64,000 nt of DNA from a bacterium (GTDB taxonomy: Bacteria; Desulfobacterota; DSWW01), in NCBI GenBank assembly GCA_040756235.1, contig JBFLZG010000002.1, forward strand, positions 96,001 through 160,000, read 5' to 3'. The notes below the pieces were generated by a model. It did no database searches. It was given only the letters and a program-made list of their open reading frames with translations, and had not been told where the DNA came from. The position numbers were made by a program, and so were the translations under genes. This document shows, piece after piece, positions 59,049 through 64,000 of this stretch. How positions within the stretch are numbered: position 1 is the stretch's first letter; the number at the start of each line of letters is the position of its first letter.

Positions 59049-60847
59049 ACGTGGCGAGGGCGAGGGAAAAGAGGATCTGGGGAATCGGTGCTTCTCCGGG
59101 TATTGCGGAGGGCAAGGCGTATCTGCTCACCAGGACCAGGGCGAAGTTCAACAAACGGTACGTGACCCGCGAGCACGTGGACCGGGAGATCAAGCGGGTG
59201 CGGGAGGCGCTGGAGAAATCGAAGACGGACCTCCGCAAGATCAAGGAGACCCTGACCCATGAAGCTGTCCACGATCATATCTTCATCCTCGAGTCCCACC
59301 TCATGATCCTCGAAGACCCCATGCTCCTGGACGCCGTGTCCGACACCATCGCGACCGAGCGCAAGAACGCGGAGTGGGCGCTGATCAGCACCTTCGACGG
59401 GCTCAAGAGGAGCTTCAACGGAAGTGAGAACGAATACCTGAGGGAACGAAAGTCCGACTTCGACTATCTGTGCAGCTGGATCCTGAAGCATTTGGGCGGA
59501 CGGTCGGAGGAGTCTCTGCGGCTCATCAAAGATCGGGTGATCGTCGTCTCTCATTATCTCTCGCCGGCCGACGCGGCTCAGATGGATCGGGAGAAGGTGC
59601 TGGCGTTTGTCACGGACATCGGCGGAAAGACTTCCCACACCGCCATTCTGGCGCGCGCGATGAAGATCCCTGCCGTGGTCGGCGCGGAAAAGGCCACTCA
59701 GGAAATCCAGGCGGGCGACCGCATCATCCTGGACGGGATGGAGGGGCTGGTGGTCGTCAACCCGACCCGGGAGACGCTCGAGCAAAGCCGCAAGCGCAAG
59801 ACCCGATACGGCAACCTGGAGAGGAATCTCCTGAAGGAGAGAGAGCTGCCGGCCGAGACGCTGGAGGGACGGCGGATCCAGCTGACGGCCAACATCGAGA
59901 TGGCGGAAGAGGCCAACTCGGTTCTGGAATACGGGGCGGAAGGCATCGGGCTCTATCGAACCGAGTTCCTCTGCCTGAGCCAGGGCAAGATACCGACCGA
60001 GGAGGAGCATTTTTCGGTCTACCGAAGCGTGGTGGAAAGGGTGGCGCCGCACCCGGTCAACATCCGTACCTTCGACTTCGGTTCCGACAAGTCTCCGAAC
60101 GTTTACTCGCTACGGCAGGAGAGCAACCCCGCGCTCGGATTGAGGTCGATCCGATACTGTCTGAAGGAAGTCGGGATCTTCAAGGATCAGCTGCGGGGCA
60201 TCTTGCGCGCCAGTCACTACGGCAGGGTCCGGATCCTCTTCCCCATGGTATCCGGCCTGTGGGAGCTGCAAAGGGCCAAGGAGATCTACCGGGAAGCCAA
60301 AGAGGAAGTGAAGCGCAAAGGCTTCCCGTTCGATCCGAAGGTGGAAATCGGGATCATGGTGGAGGTCCCGTCGGCCGCTCTGATCGCCGACGTGCTGGCC
60401 CGGGAGGTCGATTTCTTCAGCGTGGGGACCAACGATCTCATCCAGTACTGCATGGCGATCGATCGGGTCAACAAGGAGGTGGCCTATCTGTATGAGCCGC
60501 TGCATCCCTCCATTCTAAGAATCCTGAAGTTCGTCGTAGAAGCCGGACGCGCCGCAGGCATCCACGTCGGGATGTGCGGGGAGATGGCGTCCGATCCTCG
60601 GTACATCTTCGTTCTGCTGGGGTTCGGGTTCGACCAGCTCAGCATGGTGAGCTCCATGGTCCCCTGGGTCAAACGGATCATACGCTCCTCCCGCTATGAG
60701 GAAGCCCGGGCTCTGGTCGAGTCCATGTTGCAGAGCAGCCACGGCAAAGAGAACGAGAAGCTCCTGTCCGACTGGATGCGTGATCGCTTCCCCGAAGCGC
60801 CCGAGGTGACGCTTTACGGCTACCATGAACATACGTCGAGCGGATGA
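59045..60847 (+). CDS. ptsI: PEP-protein phosphotransferase enzyme I
   Basis: [45 protein letters not shown]. Confidence 0.96.
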   Translation: MNVARAREKRIWGIGASPGIAEGKAYLLTRTRAKFNKRYVTREHVDREIKRVREALEKSKTDLRKIKETLTHEAVHDHIFILESHLMILEDPMLLDAVSDTIATERKNAEWALISTFDGLKRSFNGSENEYLRERKSDFDYLCSWILKHLGGRSEESLRLIKDRVIVVSHYLSPADAAQMDREKVLAFVTDIGGKTSHTAILARAMKIPAVVGAEKATQEIQAGDRIILDGMEGLVVVNPTRETLEQSRKRKTRYGNLERNLLKERELPAETLEGRRIQLTANIEMAEEANSVLEYGAEGIGLYRTEFLCLSQGKIPTEEEHFSVYRSVVERVAPHPVNIRTFDFGSDKSPNVYSLRQESNPALGLRSIRYCLKEVGIFKDQLRGILRASHYGRVRILFPMVSGLWELQRAKEIYREAKEEVKRKGFPFDPKVEIGIMVEVPSAALIADVLAREVDFFSVGTNDLIQYCMAIDRVNKEVAYLYEPLHPSILRILKFVVEAGRAAGIHVGMCGEMASDPRYIFVLLGFGFDQLSMVSSMVPWVKRIIRSSRYEEARALVESMLQSSHGKENEKLLSDWMRDRFPEAPEVTLYGYHEHTSSG

Positions 60848-60938
60848 GGCGGAGGCCTCCGCGTCGAAGTTTTGCGTCGAGACGAAGCAGGCAGAGGGTG
60901 CGACATCCAGAACCGCAGCAGGGAAAAGGAAGGTCCAG

Positions 60939-62195
60939 ATGAACTACGACGTCCGCGACATCGGCCTTGCAGACAAGGGGAGACTGCGCATCGACTGGGC
61001 CAACCGCAGCATGCCGGTCCTGAATCTGATCCGCCAGGAGTTGGTGGCCGGCAAGCCGTTGGCCGGCTTGCGGCTCGCAGCCTGTCTGCACGTTACCACC
61101 GAGACGGCCAGCCTGTTGGATACGCTCAAGTCCGGAGGCGCCGAGGTGGTGGTGTGCGCGTCCAACCCGCTCAGCACCCAGGACGATGTCGCCGCCTCGC
61201 TGGTCCGAGATTCCGCGATCCCGGTGTTCGCCATTCGCGGAGAGGATTCGAAGACTTATTACGAGCACATCCGAGCCGCCCTGGATTTCAGGCCGCACGT
61301 AACGATGGACGACGGGGCGGATCTCGTCTCCACCATTCACAAGGAACGGCGGGATCTGGTGAGCGAGATCGTCGGGGGCACCGAGGAAACGAGCACCGGC
61401 GTGATCCGCTTGAAGAGCATGGACGAAAAGGGAGTGCTGCTGTATCCGATCATCGCGGTCAACGATGCCATGACCAAGCACCTTTTCGATAATCGCTACG
61501 GGACCGGCCAAAGCACGATCGACGGGATTCTGCGCGCCACGAACCGACTGCTCGCGGGCTCCGTGTTCGTCGTGTGCGGCTACGGCTGGTGCGGGCGCGG
61601 GATCGCGATGCGGGCTCGCGGAATGGGGGCCAGCGTCATCGTGACGGAGGTGGATCCGCTGCGGGCCTTGGAAGCCGTGATGGACGGCTACCGGGTCCTT
61701 CCCATGGCCGAGGCAGCCGGCCAGGGCGATTTCTTCTGCACGGTGACCGGCGACATCCGCGTCATCCGCAAGGAGCATTTCCTCCTGATGAAGGACGGCG
61801 CCATGGTCTGCAATTCAGGCCACTTCAACGTGGAAGTGGACCTCCAGGGACTCCAGGAGATTCAGGTGTCGAATCGGCAGGTCCGGGACCACGTGCACGA
61901 GTATACGTTGACCAACAATCGCAGGATCCATGTGCTGGGGGAGGGCCGTCTGCTGAACTTGGTCGCCGCCGAGGGACATCCGTCGAGCGTGATGGACATG
62001 AGCTTCGCGAACCAGGCCTTGTGCACCGCCTACCTGGCCACCCACGGGAAAGAGCTGGAGAAGAAGGTCTACGGTGTTCCCACGGAGATCGATCAACGCG
62101 TGGCCCGACTGAAGCTCGAGTCGATGGGTGTCCGGGTCGATCGTCTCACGGAAGAACAGCAATCCTACCTCGCTTCCTGGGAGTCGGGGACCTGA
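60939..62195 (+). CDS. ahcY: adenosylhomocysteinase
   Basis: [51 protein letters not shown]...EGHP. Confidence 0.97.
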   Translation: MNYDVRDIGLADKGRLRIDWANRSMPVLNLIRQELVAGKPLAGLRLAACLHVTTETASLLDTLKSGGAEVVVCASNPLSTQDDVAASLVRDSAIPVFAIRGEDSKTYYEHIRAALDFRPHVTMDDGADLVSTIHKERRDLVSEIVGGTEETSTGVIRLKSMDEKGVLLYPIIAVNDAMTKHLFDNRYGTGQSTIDGILRATNRLLAGSVFVVCGYGWCGRGIAMRARGMGASVIVTEVDPLRALEAVMDGYRVLPMAEAAGQGDFFCTVTGDIRVIRKEHFLLMKDGAMVCNSGHFNVEVDLQGLQEIQVSNRQVRDHVHEYTLTNNRRIHVLGEGRLLNLVAAEGHPSSVMDMSFANQALCTAYLATHGKELEKKVYGVPTEIDQRVARLKLESMGVRVDRLTEEQQSYLASWESGT

Positions 62196-62267
62196 CCGGG
62201 CCCTGTTTCCGAGAGCGGCCATCCTTCTGCGTCCCCCTTCCGGCAAACGGGCTCCATGGAGGCAGGC

Positions 62268-62930
62268 GTGAGCGCTCCTGTCGTCTGCATCGTCGGTAGA
62301 TCGAACAGCGGAAAAACGACTCTGATCGAACGGCTCATCCCGGTGCTCGTCCGCAAGGGGTATCGCCTCGCCACGGTCAAGCACGACGTGCACGGCTTCG
62401 AGATCGACCGGGAGGGGAAGGACAGTTGGAGGCACAGGCAAGCGGGCGCCTCGACGGTGATCTTGTCCTCGCCTGCGCGTATCGCCGTGGTCCGGGAGGT
62501 CGGGCAGGAGCTGGATTTGGAGCAGATCCGCAGCGCGTGGGCGCGCGAGGTCGATCTGCTTCTTACCGAAGGGTACAAACGGTCCCCTTTTCCCAAAGTC
62601 GAAGTCACTCTGGCGTGCGACTCCGAAGATCTGTTGTGCACGAGAGAGGATCTTCTGGCGGCGGTCGTTTCTAATCGTCCTCCCTTTGTCGATGTCCCTT
62701 TCTTCCGTGAGGGGGAGGTCGACCGTCTTGCGGCGTGGCTCGAAGAGACCTACATCCGGCCTCAGACGAGGCCCGCTCTCGAGCTCCTCTGTCGCGGGAG
62801 GCCGTTTCCGCTCGACCCCGCGGCCCGGAGTCTTCTGGAGGAGACGCTGCGGACTCTTCTGTCGGGGCTGCCCGGGTGGGATCCCACGGAGACGACCGAG
62901 ATCCGCGTGCGGGCGCGGGAGCCCGGATAG
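62268..62930 (+). CDS. mobB: molybdopterin-guanine dinucleotide biosynthesis protein B
   Basis: G.SNSGKTTLIE, KH..H.F..D..GKDS.RH..AG, EGYK....KVE. Confidence 0.92.
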   Translation: MSAPVVCIVGRSNSGKTTLIERLIPVLVRKGYRLATVKHDVHGFEIDREGKDSWRHRQAGASTVILSSPARIAVVREVGQELDLEQIRSAWAREVDLLLTEGYKRSPFPKVEVTLACDSEDLLCTREDLLAAVVSNRPPFVDVPFFREGEVDRLAAWLEETYIRPQTRPALELLCRGRPFPLDPAARSLLEETLRTLLSGLPGWDPTETTEIRVRAREPG

Positions 62931-62963
62931 GGACGGGGGGCCCTCAGCAGGGAGTCGAGCGGC

Positions 62964-63653
62964 GTGCGGATGGAAAACGAGAGTCAGATGAAGATCGGAT
63001 GGAGCGGTGCCGTTCTGGCGGGTGGAGAGAGCCGGCGGTTCGGACGGGACAAGGCGCGGGCCGTCCTCGGTGACAAGGAGCTGATCGCCCACGTCCTGCA
63101 GACTCTGGGGGAAGCATGCGATGAGGTCCTGATCGTCACGAACGAGGTCCGGCGCTTCGAGGACCTGGGGGTCCCGGTCGTATCGGATCTGATCCGAGGC
63201 GCCGGATCCCTGGGAGGATTGCTGACCGCCCTGGTCCACGCGGAATACGACCGCTGCTTTGTCGCCGGTTGTGACATGCCGTTCTTGAATGCCAGGGTGA
63301 TCCTGCGTATGCTCGAGCGGGCGGATGCCCACGAGGTGGTGGTCGCGACCTTGCGGGGAGAGCCCCAACCGTTGCATGCCGTGTACTCGAGGAGGTGCAT
63401 TCCCTGGATCGGGAAACGGATCGTCCAGCAGGACCTCTGCATGTTTCACTTCTATCCTTCTGCCTCCACCCTGTATCTTGAAGAGGCATTCTGGAAGGAC
63501 CTGGATCCGGACCACTTGAGCTTCATGAACATCAACACGCCGGAGCAGCTGCGCGAGGCCGAGGAGCTGCTGGGGCGCTGTGAACGGAAGCACGAAACCC
63601 GTGCCGAGGGCGGTGTGGCCTGGCCGAGGAGGAATGAGTGCCGCAACAGATGA
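62964..63653 (+). CDS. mobA: molybdenum cofactor guanylyltransferase
   Basis: LAGG.SRRFG.DKA, D...G.G.LGG, CDMP, PL.A.Y, F.N.NTP. Confidence 0.92.
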   Translation: MRMENESQMKIGWSGAVLAGGESRRFGRDKARAVLGDKELIAHVLQTLGEACDEVLIVTNEVRRFEDLGVPVVSDLIRGAGSLGGLLTALVHAEYDRCFVAGCDMPFLNARVILRMLERADAHEVVVATLRGEPQPLHAVYSRRCIPWIGKRIVQQDLCMFHFYPSASTLYLEEAFWKDLDPDHLSFMNINTPEQLREAEELLGRCERKHETRAEGGVAWPRRNECRNR

Positions 63654-64000
63654 TCGTGGGCGTGATTGGCGGGAGCGGGCTGTACGAAATGGAGGGGCTC
63701 GAGCCTCTGTCGACCCTCAAGGTCGCCACCCCTTTCGGCGAGCCCTCTGACGAGCTGCGGATCGGGCTTCTGGACGGAATCCAGATGGTCTTTCTGCCCC
63801 GGCACGGCCGGGGGCATCGAATCGGCCCCTCGGATGTGAACTTCCGCGCCAACATTTTCGCCATGAAGAAGGTCGGCGTCACCCGGATCGTCTCGGTCAG
63901 CGCGGTCGGAAGCATGCACGAGGCCATCCGGCCCGGTGACATCGTCGTATGCGATCAGTTCTTCGACAGGACCCGGGGAAGGGCCTCGACTTTTTTCCGG
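63638..64000 (+). CDS. mtnP: S-methyl-5'-thioadenosine phosphorylase, 3'-truncated by window edge
   Basis: Not in the ORF track because no stop lies in the window. After GGAGG RBS reads [40 protein letters not shown]. Confidence 0.9.
   Translation, partial: MPQQMIVGVIGGSGLYEMEGLEPLSTLKVATPFGEPSDELRIGLLDGIQMVFLPRHGRGHRIGPSDVNFRANIFAMKKVGVTRIVSVSAVGSMHEAIRPGDIVVCDQFFDRTRGRASTFFR

Noticed and set aside
60848..60938. SAH/SAM riboswitch upstream of ahcY
   Set aside because: Only a short palindrome (GCGGAGGCCTCCGC) and a partial GAGGGTGCGAC resemblance; the conserved core could not be matched. An Rfam/Infernal scan would settle it.

Overview
GC-rich bacterial chromosome segment. Gene content and order (gap-pgk-tpiA-secG-tRNA-Leu; short-type leuC-leuD-leuB-truA-rplM-rpsI; kdsB-kdsA-kdsD-kdsC-lpxL-lptCAB-rpoN-hpf-ptsN-rapZ-IIA-HPr-ptsI-ahcY-mobB-mobA-mtnP) suggest a diderm deltaproteobacterium-like organism (inference). 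Most of it is housekeeping. The stretch from about 9 to 42 kb is a mosaic of stand-alone enzymes and hypothetical genes. The main signals the ORF track does not explain are: (1) a hidden selenoprotein gene (AhpC/TSA, SelU-like, RHFG-U-LLC) with an in-frame TGA, a promoter, an RBS and a SECIS-like hairpin; (2) a dyad-symmetric pair of sigma54 (-24/-12) motifs sharing one GC, lying between a divergent membrane TPR gene and a LysM-TPR lipoprotein gene; (3) a second sigma54 promoter with tandem TGT-N10-AC(A/T) enhancer-like sites upstream of a small orphan gene; (4) four related copies of a MITE-like intergenic repeat, three starting at a TAG just after or at a stop codon, one carrying a nested palindromic element; (5) a stand-alone rplC outside the S10 operon. 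No integrase, transposase, CRISPR array or rRNA was seen. All calls come from reading the sequence by eye; no database searches were run.
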